Numbered from the stretch's first letter, positions 37,120-50,502 are shown. The stretch: 64,000 bases of DNA from Ginglymostoma cirratum (GCA_024137785.1 JAHRHZ010000040.1:6765545-6829544); one strand, 5' to 3'. Notes: generated from the sequence alone by a model not told the origin. Numbers and translations are program-made.

Positions 37120-39590
37120 GGACCAAATATGTAGACAATTCGCAGAGATGTGTAAAAACAACAAGTGTCATTACACCAGGGATTTCAACATCCCCTATAT
37201 TAAATAGGATAGTGTAAAGGGTTTAGATGGGGCGGATTTCTTGAAATACATTCAAGTTAGCTTTTGATGTCAAAATGTAGAACGTCCAACAAGGGATGGT
37301 TCAGTGCTAGACCTAATTGTGGCAAGTAAAGGTGGACGGCTGTTCAAGGTGGCAGTGGGAGATCAGTGGCTGATAGCAAACACAACACTACAAATTTTAG
37401 TTTGTTATGGAAAGAAAATGATCTGCAACAAAGGGTTTTGGATTGGGAGAAAAGCAGATTTTGTTAAATGCTGCAGAATATGGCTGGGAGCAGCTACTTA
37501 TGGAAAAATCCATGGCACAACAGTTGAAGTGATTGTCAAGTACAGGCCCAACATGTTCCTACTTGGGTGAAATACAGAAGCCACAAGCCAGGAGAACTCT
37601 AGATGTCTAGGAGTGTTCAGGATGGATAAAAAAGAGAAGAGAGGCTTTTGACAGGTACAAATGGAGCAAATTAACAGAGCCCCCCGGTCAAGTACAGAAA
37701 ATGCAGAGAGGATCTTATGAAAGCAATTAGGAGAGAAAAGATGGGGCATGAAAAAACACTGGTGACTAAAATTAGGGAGAATACCAAGATATTTTACAAA
37801 TATATTAACAAGAAGAGGACAACCAGGGAAAGAGTAGGGACCAAGGGGCCAATCTGAGTGTGGAGCCGGATGACATTGTGAAACAAGTTTAACACATCTG
37901 TCTTCACACAAGAGAAGGAGGATGTAGGTACAGAATTCAGGGGAAGGAATTGTAATGTTGTTGACATGGGAGTTAAAAGGTATTGGATGTGTTGACATGC
38001 TTAAAAACATGGACAAATCCCCAGGTCTAAATGAGTTGTATCTCAGGCTGCTGTGGGAGGCTTGAGAGGAAATTACAGGGCACTGACACAGATTTTAAAT
38101 CCTCTCTGGCCACAGGGGAGGTACTAGAGGACTGGAGGGCAACACATTTAGGTCCACTTTTCAAGAGGGGGTATAGCAATAAATCAGGGATTTGTAGACC
38201 AGTGAGTTTCACATCAGTGGTAACAAAACATTTGGAGAAAACTCTGAAGGAGAGAATTAATTTCCACTTGGAGAGGTGATGTTTGATCACGGATAGCCAG
38301 CATGGCTTTGTCAGAGGGAGGTCATGTCTAACAAATTTGATTGAATTTTTCAAGGAGGTGGTCAGATGTGTAAAAGAGGGTAGTGCGGTAGGAGTAGTTT
38401 ATATGGAATACAGTAAGACCTTTCACAAAATCCTACATGGGAGACTGATAGAGAGGGTAAAAGTACACCCAGGGCAACTGGCAAGATAGATCCAAACTTG
38501 TGGGAGACAGGGGATGGCTGGAGAAGGCTATTTGTGTAACTGGAGATTAGTGTCCAGGGTCAGTGCTTTCTCCGTTATTGTTCCTGATTTCTATAAGGAT
38601 ATAAATGAGAATGTGGTGGGGTGGGGGATGATAATAAGGTTACAAGAACATATAGCTAGGTTGGTCAAATTGGCAGCTCAGTTGCAGGAGGTATTTAACC
38701 CCATAAAAGGTGAAGTTATGCACTTTGGAAGATGTAGCAAGACAAGGGAGTACTCAATGAATGACAGGGCACTAAGAAGCTCAAAGGAGTAGAGGGATAT
38801 TGTGGTGCTAGTCCACAGACCTCTGAAAGTGGCAGGACAGGTTAATAGTGTATTTAAAAAGGCATATGAGGCACTTGCCTTTAGCAGTTATGGAATAGAT
38901 TATCAGAGCAGGGAGGTTATGTTCAAGCTGTATATAACATTAGTTGGGCTACAGCTGGAGTATTATGGGTTAAAATTGTATCAGAGGGTTTAGGCCCGAA
39001 ACGTCAAGTTTTCCTGCTCCTATGATGCTGCTTGACCTGCTGTGTTCATCCAGCCCCATGCTTGTTAGCTGGAGTATTATGTGTGGTTCTGGTCACTACA
39101 CTATGTGAAGATGTGATTGCATTGGAGATGGTGAGAGGAGATTCATCAAGATGTTGCCTGAGATTGAACAGTTCGGGTATGAAGGGAGGCTGGATAAACT
39201 CGAGATGTTTTCTTTACAGCAAAGAAGCCTGAGGGAGGACCTGATTGAGGTGTATAAGATTGTGAGGGGCATTGATGGGGTGCATAGGAAATCACTGTTC
39301 TCCATGGTTGAAAGATCAATAATGAGGAGTAGAATTTTAAAGTGAAAGTCAGGGGGTTTAGAGGAAAAATTTCTTCACCCAGTGGGTAGCAAAAATCTGG
39401 AAAGCACTGCCTGAGAGTAGCAGAGGTGAAAAACCTTACAACATTTAGATAGTACTTGAAAGAGCACTTGAAGTGTCATAACATTCAAGTCTAAAGGCCA
39501 ATCGCTGGCATGTGGGATTGTTGTAATTAGATCAGTCCAGACTTGATGGGCTGAAGGGCCGCTTCTGTGCTGTTTGATTCTATGACTTTA
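37120..39590 (+). mobile_element. Degenerate CR1 ORF2 in locus A intron 4
   Basis: RPVSFTSVV, SQHGFVRGRSCLTNLIEFF and LREDLIEVYKI motifs. Confidence 0.85.
38968..39066 (+). mobile_element. Truncated Penelope pLTR derivative inserted in CR1
   Basis: TSD AGCTGGAGTATTATG at 38953-38967 and 39067-39081. The hammerhead 3' half follows ~18 unrelated nt. Confidence 0.85.
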
Positions 39591-39920
39591 TGCATGTCAA
39601 TGGACAGTTTTGATTCTCTCTTGTATGAGATAGTCATTCACTTGAACTTGTATCAGTTAAATATTATTTGACACTTGTCAGCTGGATATTGCCCAGGCCT
39701 TGCAGCATATGAACATAGACTTCTTCAGTTGCTGTAAAAGATTGAGACCAGGCTAATTGTCCAACCACTAAGTGGGGAATGGTGCCCAGATTGGAATCAA
39801 AAGAAGAAAGATGAAGAAGTTAATAGTGCAAAAAGATGGAGCAATAATTTAGACAATTTTTAACAAATATGTCAACTGATTTTCCTAAGAAGTAATAATT
39901 CCTTGTTCATCATTTTACAG

Positions 39921-40070
39921 AGACCTGAATCACGCAGAACAACAAGTACAACAATATCTATCCACAATCTAAAACTCAGAACAACTTACTGCATGCATGC
40001 TCGAATACAGATACCTTTATTCATTAAATCAGTAAATATGGTAGAGAAAAATGTGCAACAACATTTGATG
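39921..40070 (+). pseudogene. Locus A exon 5 (FNIII D2, second half)
   Basis: RPESRRTTSTTISIHNLKLRTTYCMHARIQIPLFIKS. Adding 1 nt near 40031 gives xKYGREKCATTFD+g and a phase-1 GTAAGG donor. Confidence 0.85.
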
Positions 40071-40334
40071 GTAAGGCAAAGTGACCTGAGTAGAACTACT
40101 TGTTCTGTATTCTTTCATGGGATGTGGGTGTCACTGGCAAGGCCAGCATTTGTTGCCCATCCCTAATTGCCCTGGAGCTTAGTGGCTTTCTAACTAGTTA
40201 AGAGCCAACCACATATCTAGTGGGTCAGGAACCATACATAGGCCAGACCAGGTAGGAATGGCAGATTGCCTTCCCTTGAGCTGTTTAGTGAACCAAATGG
40301 GTTTTCAAAGTAAATGATAGTAGTTGTTATCGAC

Positions 40335-40775
40335 AATATTCTCAAGTTTATCCAGCTTCTCTTCATACCTAAACTGCTCAATCCCCGGTAACATCCTGAT
40401 GAATCTCCTCTCACCCTCTCCAATGCAATCACATCCTTCCTATAGTGTAGCAGCCAGAACTGCACACAGTACTCCAGCTGTCGCCCAACTAACGCTATGT
40501 ACAACTTCAACTTAACCTCTCTTAACTCTTATAATCTATTCCACTACTGATAAAGGCAAATGCCCCATATGCCACCTCAAATACAGTACTAACTGGTCCT
40601 GCTCCCTTCAGGGTTCTGTGGGCAAACACCCAAGATCCCTCTGTTCCTCTGAGCTTCCTATTGTCCTGCCATTCATTGAACACTCCCTTGTCTTGTTACT
40701 TCTTCCAAAGTGCATCACCTCACACTTTTCAGGGTTATAATACAATTTGACCAACTTGGCTATATCTTCCTGTGA
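40335..40775 (-). mobile_element. CR1 fragment nested in a SINE
   Basis: ORF 40217-40510 reads LYIALVGRQLEYCVQFW. Confidence 0.8.
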
Positions 40776-43583
40776 CTTAGCTTCACTTCCAAATTATGAA
40801 TTGAAATTATTAAAGTTCCAACAGTTGCTATGAAGGGATTTAAACCTATGGCCTACAGACCATTACAAGCTACTGATTCAGTGATATTTGCCACTATGCC
40901 ACCATCACCCTCAGACTCTCAAATGTTAAACTAAACATCAGTTTTGAAACACCAGGAGCAACGCTTCCATTCAAAGTTTGCCGGTAATAGAACAGCACAG
41001 CACACAAACGGGCCTTTTGACCCATCAAACTTAATGTTAATCTTTCCTTCCTAAAGTATTCTACTGCAATTGCTCCCTTTTTTCCAATTTTGCCAGTGGG
41101 AAGGTCTTGATTCATGTTTGGCCAGGTTCCTATTGCACAAATTGTGGCCAAGCAATTCAAACACAGGGAGAATCACAGCCAAGGTGTCCGCTCCCATTAT
41201 TCACAAAAACATTGTAATGATTATTGATTGGGAACATGAATCCAAAGTACATTTACTTTCCTTTTCTAGTTCATGCAATAGCGAGGCTAACTGTAATGTT
41301 CCCTACTCAATCCTGATTGAGAATGCTTAACTGGTTTCCACATAGGATTGGTTCAAAACTAGGTTATTCTTCCCTCCAAACAAAGTGTAAGAAATAATTA
41401 CTACTGTACTCATTCATGTCATAGAAATGCTGCTAAAAGTTTGAAATTAATTATTTTAGCCAAGTCTTACAGTCATTGCCACTTGAATGAAAAATAAAGC
41501 ATTTATTATTTGCAAAGGTGCTAAATATGTCCAAATGCCATATAAATACACCTTGAGTTAGGCCTGCAGCCATTTAATGCTGGTAAATGGGACTAGATTA
41601 ATTTAAGGTATCTGGTCGACATGGATGAATTGGACTGAAGGGTCTGTTTCCTGCTGTATGACTGTATGACTATTTTACACGATAGCACTAAATGTAAATA
41701 AAAAGGACAAAAAATAATGGACACTGTGATTTTCCATACTTGTGTCCATCCTTCCAGGCTAATATTTGGGAAATGTGTCCATTAAAGTCATGAAATCATT
41801 AAACCAACAGCACCTGGTGATAAGATAGTAGAAGCATACACTTTGGCTTGAGGAATTTCAAGAGAAGAGTTGATATGTCAATAGAATCCTGACAAAACTA
41901 TTATGATTAACTACATTGTACAGTAAAAATTAAAGCATAGTTAAGAATAGGTTTACTAAAAAATGAGTTTACAAATTTTCACAGCAATCCTCGCAATAAT
42001 AATGAAATCTTTTCTGGCACGTTATGATTCCAAACCACTTGATGTTAATTTTTTGTTGTGCAATTGGACAACAAAATGTTGGTGTTCATTTATACCACTA
42101 ATACATGATTTTTGCTGAGCTTCCACCAAGGTTATCTTGAGAGATTGAGAAATTCTACATGCTTTATGAAACAAACGATCCTTTTCATTGTCCTGTCTCT
42201 TATAATACAGTGAATGACACAGAAGTGAGCTGTAATTTAAGCTGTAATGTTTTTTCTCCACAGAGGTCGAGTGATAACATACATTGAAATAGGAAGATGA
42301 TTTAGAAGTAAATTGTTTAAATGTGCTTTAAACAACTTACAAACAAATGAACAAAAGAATAAATCAACTGGAAAACTGCTTACAAATCCCTAGTGGTTAC
42401 CAAGAAAGGACTGACAAAAGACAAACATTGCCAACAGATAGAAACATAAGTTCAAATTTAATTAAATTCAATTGTTTTTCAAAAAAGTGCAATTAGTTTT
42501 TGACAAAGTATTTGTTTTGAAACCATATTTAAAGATGATTATTTTAGCTGTATGCTACTAATGTAGCATACATAGGTCTTTCATCAATCCAGTCATTCGT
42601 AAACACAACCTGTAAGATGAATGCAACGTAATAAAACAAAATTTGTGACATTATTCCCCCGAAGCTTTATTCATTTACAGACACTCGCTGTTGTTAAACT
42701 TCAGTAAATTGAATGAGATACTGAACAATTTGCTCTCATGGTGATGTTTCAGAGGTTTCCCTTCAAATCCACTCCCTCTGTTCTAAGCCACTGACTACTC
42801 TGTTTATCTTTTCATGGATCTGGGTCCCAATCGTTTTTCCATAATCACCTCCAAGTCAAATTCCTACTTTTGCTTTTCGCAGTTTTATTTGCATGTTCTC
42901 CCAGGATCCAAGCTGCCATATGCTGCACCTACAAGAGAACATATGACCACATGACATAGGAGCAGAGGAAGTCCATTCAGCCCATGAAGTCTACTCTGTC
43001 CTTCAATGAGATTGTGGCTGATCTGATAATCCTTAGCTCCACTTTCCTGCCTTTTCCCCAGTACCCTTATAATTGTTTTGCATGATATCAAGCACCATTC
43101 TGGCATCAGTCTCAATACAGAGTAACTCCACCTGATGAAAATCCAGTGTGCTTATAACCAAAGGAAGTGCTTCCAGGCTGTAGGGATTCTATGATTCTAT
43201 GATTGGAGTATTACTGTTTTAGTTTGCCAAAGCCATGCATAACCTTGGAAATTCTTGACAAATTTCTCTTCCATTTTCCTCTTGCATCTACTATCTCTTA
43301 AGAGTCCTGGACTGAATGCACGTGTTCCTACTGAGTAATGTGTTGTATCCTAGTGTGTCAATGTGTATATAGTCTCACTAATCTCTTGCCTTTATGGCAG
43401 AGTGCGGTGGTAAGTTGGCCTTGCACAGTCCAGAACCTCATTTGCTCCTCTTTGATTCCACTTCCAAAGATTGACTTACTTTGTTGATCTCCATCCTTGA
43501 TTTTTTTAGACCTATTTCTTTCCAAATGATTTCCTTTTGTCTTTGTTTCTGTGGTGACCTAGGAGCAACTGATCTGCAGTATT

Positions 43584-43729
43584 AGAGATAAAAGGTACTG
43601 CAGATGCTGGAGAATCCGAGATAACAAGCATGGGGCTGGATGAACACAGCAGGTCAAGCAGCATCATAGGAGCAGGAAAACTTGACGTTTCGGGCCTCAA
43701 CCCTTCATCAGAAAATTTTCTGATGCTTG
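43584..43729 (-). mobile_element. Penelope pLTR derivative with a collapsed second palindrome arm
   Basis: One full arm with tail, then AAAATTTTCTGATG fused to CTTGT. TSD TGATCTGCAGTATT at 43570-43583 and 43730-43743. Confidence 0.88.
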
Positions 43730-43767
43730 TGATCTGCAGTATTGCTTGACAATCCAAATTGACAACA

Positions 43768-43781
43768 GCGCCCCCTGCTGG
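43768..43781 (-). promoter_or_regulatory. Candidate CTCF site (reverse)
   Basis: Minus strand CCAGCAGGGGGCGC is a full consensus core, and neighbouring CpGs are retained. Confidence 0.7.
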
Positions 43782-44199
43782 ACGTTCGTTGCACTTGTAG
43801 TGTTACCTTGACCTGCACGTTGAACATACAAATATGAACAATGATGATGATTCCTGCTCTTTCATCGGGCTTTCATAAGGGTAATCTCGCCATATCGAGG
43901 TCTAAGTGTGTGACTGAATCAGAGGGATTAATCTTCTAAATATTTGTGTGATTTTGGGCTCTGTCCTCAGCCAGAATGACATTTTGGGCTGAATTTGACA
44001 GGAAATCAGCAAAGTGGCAAGTTTCATGGGAGGTTTCTTTCTGTGAACCTGAACAAGAATTCTCATCCTCTTCCCTGAAACCTGCCTCATTAGATATGTG
44101 CATGCCACGATGGTGCCCCACTCGCCATATCTTCCTTCTCAGCACAGACAAAAGTATTGGACACTGCCTAGACCTTGTGGCACTGAAGCCATCTTTAAA

Positions 44200-45400
44200 G
44201 CCCAACCATGCATCAGGTCAAGCATTACCAGTCAGGAGATGCCCTACATTGCAAGTAGTAGGAGAACAAAAAGCTTGATGCTGCAGCTCTCTATCATGCA
44301 AAAGATGATGTTTCTCTTGCTGGATGTCCACAATTTCCTCCTTGGAAGACTGCTGCAGCTGTTCCAGCTCTTCAGAATCCATCACATCTCTCTTTACCTG
44401 CAGTGCACAGCTTGCTAGGGTTTTGCTGCACACTCCGTCTGTAGACTATTGCAAACCCCTCAAAACTGATGCAAGCATTGGCACACCATCTTCAGTGCAC
44501 CTAACACCTCTTCCACATTACTCTGATCAAAGAATGGACTGCATTGTATCTACACCCACCTTCCCCTCCGTCAGAGGTTATATTACAGAGTCATCAGCCA
44601 TAGTTGTGGACGGTAACCCTTATCTCCCAGTAACCATCCTTGTAAGGATCTGGCTCTTAGAATATGAGAGTTCTCAAGGCTGTAGGTATCAAGGCAGTGT
44701 AGCTGGCAAAGACCTCTAAGATGTGGTACTGATGATCACAGTTGACTTCTATATTAAAGGAATGGTACCCTTTTCTATTGATAAACTTAGCTGCATAATG
44801 GTACAGTGCTCTCAATGCAACATTTGTACAGTCTGCATATGTAGCACCTGGGGGAAGCCAGCTATGTTAACAAAGCCTTCTGCCTGGTTTGCAGCACTGT
44901 CTTTGTTATGGGGAAACGAGATGAAGTGATGTGATCAGCCAAAAATAGTGGCTACCCTGGTACATTTTGTGGGTTGAGGATGAGAAATTCCACAGAGGTC
45001 CCCAGTGGCTCCTTGGAAGCAACCAGTTGCATAGACATTTAACACAGCTGTGACCTCAACAGCCACCGGATAGGATGGCCACTAATTCCTTCGTATCTCA
45101 AGTCCTGCTCCAGCGCTGGCATCTTCTGTGACAGTGTCCCATACATCCTCAGTCTGTAGCAACACTGCCTCACTCATTTGAAGGATATGACTTAAGGATG
45201 ATAGGCTCTGAGCCTCCTTTAGACCTGCACATCCCTTTAGGGGATCTGCAAACTCTTCATTTAGAAGCTGTTTGGCATCCACTTGAGGTTGATCTGGTCC
45301 AGTTTGCTGGTGCATTTTTTGCTCAACAATTACTCAGTGCCTTTGTTGCACTACATCAAACAGTGATGATAGCCCCTGCAATGGCTGGATCTATTGGTCA
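44200..45400 (-). mobile_element. Degenerate PIF/Harbinger (HARBI1-like) transposase
   Basis: Minus-strand fragments VAVEVTAVLNVYATGCFQGATGDLCGIS, IAGFPQV, FINRKGYHSFNI, GWLLGDKGY, LGALKM and ASCAL. Confidence 0.82.
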
Positions 45401-47600
45401 TAGCTCTAATGTACCCTTGTGGGAAGATCAGAAACAGAACAGGTCCTCAGTAATGGGAGCAGGCAACATTCAGACGCTTTACAGATGGCAGTTTAGTAGA
45501 GTCCTCCATGGAGCGGGGCATATAGCACTCCATCAAGAAAAGCCATGGAATGTTCTCATGTGGAAGTTTGACAAAGGGGTCTTATTCCAATGAGTACAAT
45601 ACAAGCCATGCCATGCAAATAGAGTGGAAATTGAAAGTGCTGCATGATTACTGATATCTTGCGCTCTCCCCTTCACACTCTGACAGCAATTCAAGCAGAG
45701 AGAAAATTAGTTCTATGCCTTTGTGAAACCTGAGATCTTGGATTGTCTTTGTGAATTGTGGGCCACAGGTGACATTTTTAAGATCACCTTTGATTAACAC
45801 ATTCCTATGCACCACATTGAAATATGACTTTAATTCTCAACGTTAACCTGTTGAGCCCAGGTCTTGCCAAATATCATGCTGTACTGTGCCCCCAGTGAAG
45901 GTAGAATAGTTGTGAGCACTGATAACCGCTCCCCCACCTCACTAAACCACCCCGCCACAGTAACCCATGTCCTCCAATGCACTATCATCTCCTTCCCCCG
46001 ACTTATATGTTGAATTTATCCCTTTCTTAAGCACTGTTCCTTCCGCATCCTAGCATGCAGCTCTAAACCCCACAACTGACTTTCTTAACTTCCCTCTCAC
46101 ACTGGTGGCCCTTGAAAACCTCCAGTAAAGAAAGACCCAGATTTAACTAGCCATCCCAGTGACAAGGGGAATTGACTGAAACAGTTTTAACAGAGTCCCA
46201 GCACTGTCCATGACCCCAGTCCACCCTCACCTCCCAATGACTAGGAATGACAGCCCCAGCTGAAGTGTGACCAGTGCCCTGACTGATTTGCACGCAACTC
46301 CCTGGCTGACTTACCACCATTCCCTCAGACTGGTTGCAATTGACCTATTGGAGTGACCATGACCCACAGCCTGGGTTGTAGAGATATATACCATCTCATC
46401 CTGACCATGCCAAGTGACTGACTGACCATGTCCAAGCCCTTTACTGATACTAAATATTGCCCATAACCTTCTGTTTCAGCATTCCCTGATTGAAGCCTGT
46501 CTCCCTAGACTTGCCTGAAGACTACTCTCCTTAGACTTTGTGACTCTGTTAAAACTGTTTCAGTCAATTCCTCTTGTCACTGGGACGATTAGTTAAATCT
46601 CAGTCTTTCTTTAACCAGATTCTTCTTTAGTCAAAACTATTTGTTGAACACGTTGATTAAAGCTTCAAAGCCAGTGTTACATCGATATCCTACTTCATGA
46701 GGAGTCTGACAGCTACAGGCCCCAAGTGCATAAAGCACGATCAAGATTTAATTAATAGTCTCAGCAGCAAGGGTAATTGATTCAAGGATTTTTAACTGAC
46801 CTGACATCCCAATCCCTTTGCATGTAATCGTGATGCAGTCCTGAATCTCTGGAACTGCTGTCTCTAGACCTTCCACTCCTGACTACATTGTGTGCCCTCA
46901 ACATTTTCAAGCTGCTGTGGGAATGACAATGTTTTGACTGGAGCTGCCATCGTGATCAATTTCTGTCTGAGGTCAGGGACTCATTATTCTCCACAGAAAT
47001 GCACTGCCCCCGAAAGCTACTGGCCATTCAGAGGCCCTGCAGCTGTCAAGTACCGACACCATCACAGGGAGACGTGACCACTGTGGGTAATACAGAAGGG
47101 GTGGGGGGGTGTTGGTGGTGGTGACCTGGGGGTGGGGAGGCAGTCAGAGGATTACAATGGATCCCAGGGAGTAAGATACGTGTAGCAAATTCGACAGAGC
47201 CAGAGAAGGAGGCCCCAGCAATGAGGGAAGCATGTCAATGTTTAGAGCAGGCAGGCTATTTACCTGTGGGTGGCCCCTGCAGATATCTCCGTTGGCCCAC
47301 GGACTGCCCATTTAGGAGAGAGAATCCTCCTCCATAAGCCAAACTGGAAACTGGGGATGTGCTACTTAACTGGCCCATAAGGTGGGAAGACTTCGGCTTA
47401 ACTCGGAATAGTTTAGAATAGGGCCTCTGTCCTGCCCCTTCTGCCTGGTTGAAGAAGCCCCCCCTGCCTCCCAGCCTATACCCAGCCATGGATCAGAAAA
47501 TCAAATTCCACAGTGTCCCTGTGCAATGTCCCTGAAGAATCATCTCTGGGAGTGTGGGTGATCTGCAGATGTGGGTCTTTCCTTCTGGGCTGGAGGAAAG

Positions 47601-47975
47601 GGAGCCAATGGCTTAGTGGTATTATCAATCGATTATTAATCCAGAAATTGAACTAATGTCCTCAGGACCCAGGTTCAAACCCTGCCTTGGCAGATGGTGG
47701 AATTTGAATTCAATAAAGAATTTGAGATTTAAGGGTCTAATGATGACCATAAAAACATTGTCAATTGTCGGGGGGGGGGGGGTGGGAAAAAGACTTAGCT
47801 GGTTCATTAATGCCCTTTAGGGAAGGAAACTGCCATTCTTACCTGGTTTGGCCTGCATGTGACTCCAGATCCACTGCAATATGGTTGACTCTCAACTATC
47901 CTCTGGGCAATTAAAGATGGACAATAAATGCAGGCCTAGCCAAAGATGCCTTGATTCCATGAGTAATTTTTTTAA
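47601..47975 (+). mobile_element. tRNA-derived SINE (related copies near 13815, 40110 and 57420-57770 on -)
   Basis: A box TGGCTTAGTGG and B box GGTTCAAACCC, with a shared body. Confidence 0.7.
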
Positions 47976-49217
47976 AAAGTTCAAGTCTAGGGCTTGAGGG
48001 GAGAGGGACCATGCTTGCAGATTGTGGTGGCAGGTAGAGAGGAGGAGTGTCCATGGTCAATCTCAGGGTCCTGACCACAGTATTAGAAGCTTTTGCTGGA
48101 GAGGATCAGAAAACCCAGGATCAAGTCAGGTCTATGAAGCATGGAGGTGGGTGAAGCAGGTTGAACAATCATATTCTTGATGAGAATTGAAGGCCTATGG
48201 GATTTGAAACATCAAGAGTGGTAGGAGCTGGCAGATGTACAAGGCCTGAAGAGTGGAACAAAAGCCTGGGTGTGTCAGAGGCCTCAGCTGGGTCAGGGGG
48301 TCTCAAGGGAAATGTTGAAGGCCTCTTAGAGTGTATAAAGAACTTCTGGGGAAAGTCAGAGGAAGTTAGGATGGGAGGGGGTGAAGCATATGCCTCAGCC
48401 TTTTGTGGGGTACTGGGGATGGGGCACAGCGACGCACTGCTTCCATCCAGCAGGTCAATGAATGGCACACAGCTCCTGGATACAGCATTCTTCACCTGGG
48501 CTTCATTGTCAAATTACCTGAGGCTCAGGAAATCTGGCTGGCCTCAGTAAACATTTCCTGGGTGGTACCACATGATCACCATTAAATTGACAGCCTCCCT
48601 CCATCAAACAGTTTGGTCACCCAGCCACTGATTTTGTTTAAACTAGAGCCCAGCAGCTTGGGGGCAAGTTTGGGTCATGATTTGTTTTATCAACACTTTC
48701 ATTTCCCACTTGAATCAAACCAGCTCATTATTTGAGATTAAAATGCTTTCTATTAAATCTGTTGTCCTTAGACAGCTATTGCTTGATCTGCTGTGTAAGT
48801 TTGGAATTTAGTTTTATTTTTCAGCCTTCCAGTATCTGCAGTTTTCAGATTTTACTCACCAATCCATTCATTAACCTGTCCACTGATGTAGCCAATGAAA
48901 GTATCATGTGATAGGTTCATTAAGCATCCTGGTCTCTCACAATATCCTATTATTAACAGTACATTACAGTACATAATTAAATTCCTGTTTATTGTCTTGT
49001 AGCTTTTGTCAAACCTCTTTCTCTGCTGTTTGCATTTTTCCTAAATAATGACATGAGAACTCAATGACAGAAGTACATTACATTTCAATTCCCCTTTTGT
49101 TGTATATTATTACAATATGAAAAAGGAACCATAAGGAATTTTAATTTCATTGTTTGCTGAAAGGTGACTTTCTAGTTTTCGAATAGATAGTCACAGTGTC
49201 TGCTTTAGAATGTAAGG

Positions 49218-49284
49218 ATGGCAGTACAAGTGTCCCACATCTTTTTGTGGTTCTTACAAATGTTGATTCTATTCAATGGCACAG
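49218..49284 (+). CDS. Locus B class II cytokine receptor exon 1 (signal peptide)
   Basis: MAVQVSHIFLWFLQMLILFNGT+g; good Kozak context (AGGATGG); GTAGGT donor, phase 1. Confidence 0.75.
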
Positions 49285-50369
49285 GTAGGTAAATAATCCA
49301 TTGTGATATTTTTAAAATGCCTGAGCCGATGATAGATAAACTAAAAAAAATTCTGATTCCATTGGCTTTATCTCCAAAGATTTTTCTGCATGAAATATTG
49401 TTCCACTTCTGACAACATTTTTTTGACTTTTCTCCTGCATTTTAACTTCAGTTCTCTCCTTCCCTTATTGGATCAGATTAAAAAATATCAGCAAGTATGT
49501 GTGCAGATATACTATATTAGTGAAACTATTAATCTCAATATCAAAGATAATAATTTCTTCTTTTCAGATACATTGGCCAAAATAAACCCAAATTAAAGTC
49601 AAAAGATGATTACTTCCAAAGTTTTAAAACTGTTGCTATCTTAAGATTTTGGGGATTCTCTGATAATGAAACTGTCCACACAACATGTAAGGTTATGAAT
49701 AACTTGATGGAAATTTTATTTTGACAAACTCATAAATTCTAGATTGGGTGTGAGCATATTATTGAATGGTAACATTTACAATTTACTATAAATTTGGAGT
49801 TGAGTATTTAGTATATTATTATTTCAAAAATTGATGGAGATTGCTTGAACATCTTTCTCATCTTATTTCATTTAATATCAGTCTAAACGGAGATGTTTGG
49901 GTAGCCTAAGCACCCATTCTCGCCAGCAGGATATCATTGTAGCTTACCAGTTGGTCAGTCACAGAATTCTAATTTATTCTGATGCTAAGACAAAAGGTGG
50001 GCAGAAAGGTTGGAGGAAGGGCAAAATCATGTGGCAACATGGAGGGACTGGACTGGGGTATGTTGGTGAGGTTAATTTGGCAGTGAACTACGAATTCCTG
50101 AGAAACAGAGGGGAGTACACCTTCCCTTTGAAGGCAGCCCCACAAAAGCAGAATAAAAGGGAACTTTTTTTTATATATGACTATCAGCTCCTTCAGAATT
50201 ATAATCAGGGTACTATGTATACTGTTGGCCACCAATCACCATTTTAAAAGCTTCTGCCACTGCACATTCCCCTCCAAGCCACACACCAAACTGACTTAGA
50301 ACTATCTTACCTTTTCCTCACTATCACTGGATCAAAATCCTGCGGCTCCCTTCCGAACAGCACTGTGAG

Positions 50370-50502
50370 TGGCCATATCATTCACACCCACAAGTTGTTC
50401 AGCTGCCCAGAAACCAAATGCATAGCTATTGGCAGGTGAAGACCTCTGTCATCGCCAAATGGTCACCAGTCCACAGACTGATCGGTGTGAATGATATGGC
50501 CA
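50370..50502. mobile_element. 133-bp MITE-like element with perfect 19-bp terminal inverted repeats
   Basis: TGGCCATATCATTCACACC (50370-50388) and GGTGTGAATGATATGGCCA (50484-50502). Confidence 0.7.

Larger units (their letters stand above)
25769..40070 (+). pseudogene. Locus A: class II cytokine receptor pseudogene, IL22RA2/IL20RA-like (5 recognisable exons)
   Basis: Exons 25769-25838, 31123-31240, 33125-33303, 35502-35674 and 39921-40070 show the family phase pattern 1-2-1-0-1 and carry four independent lesions. Confidence 0.88.
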
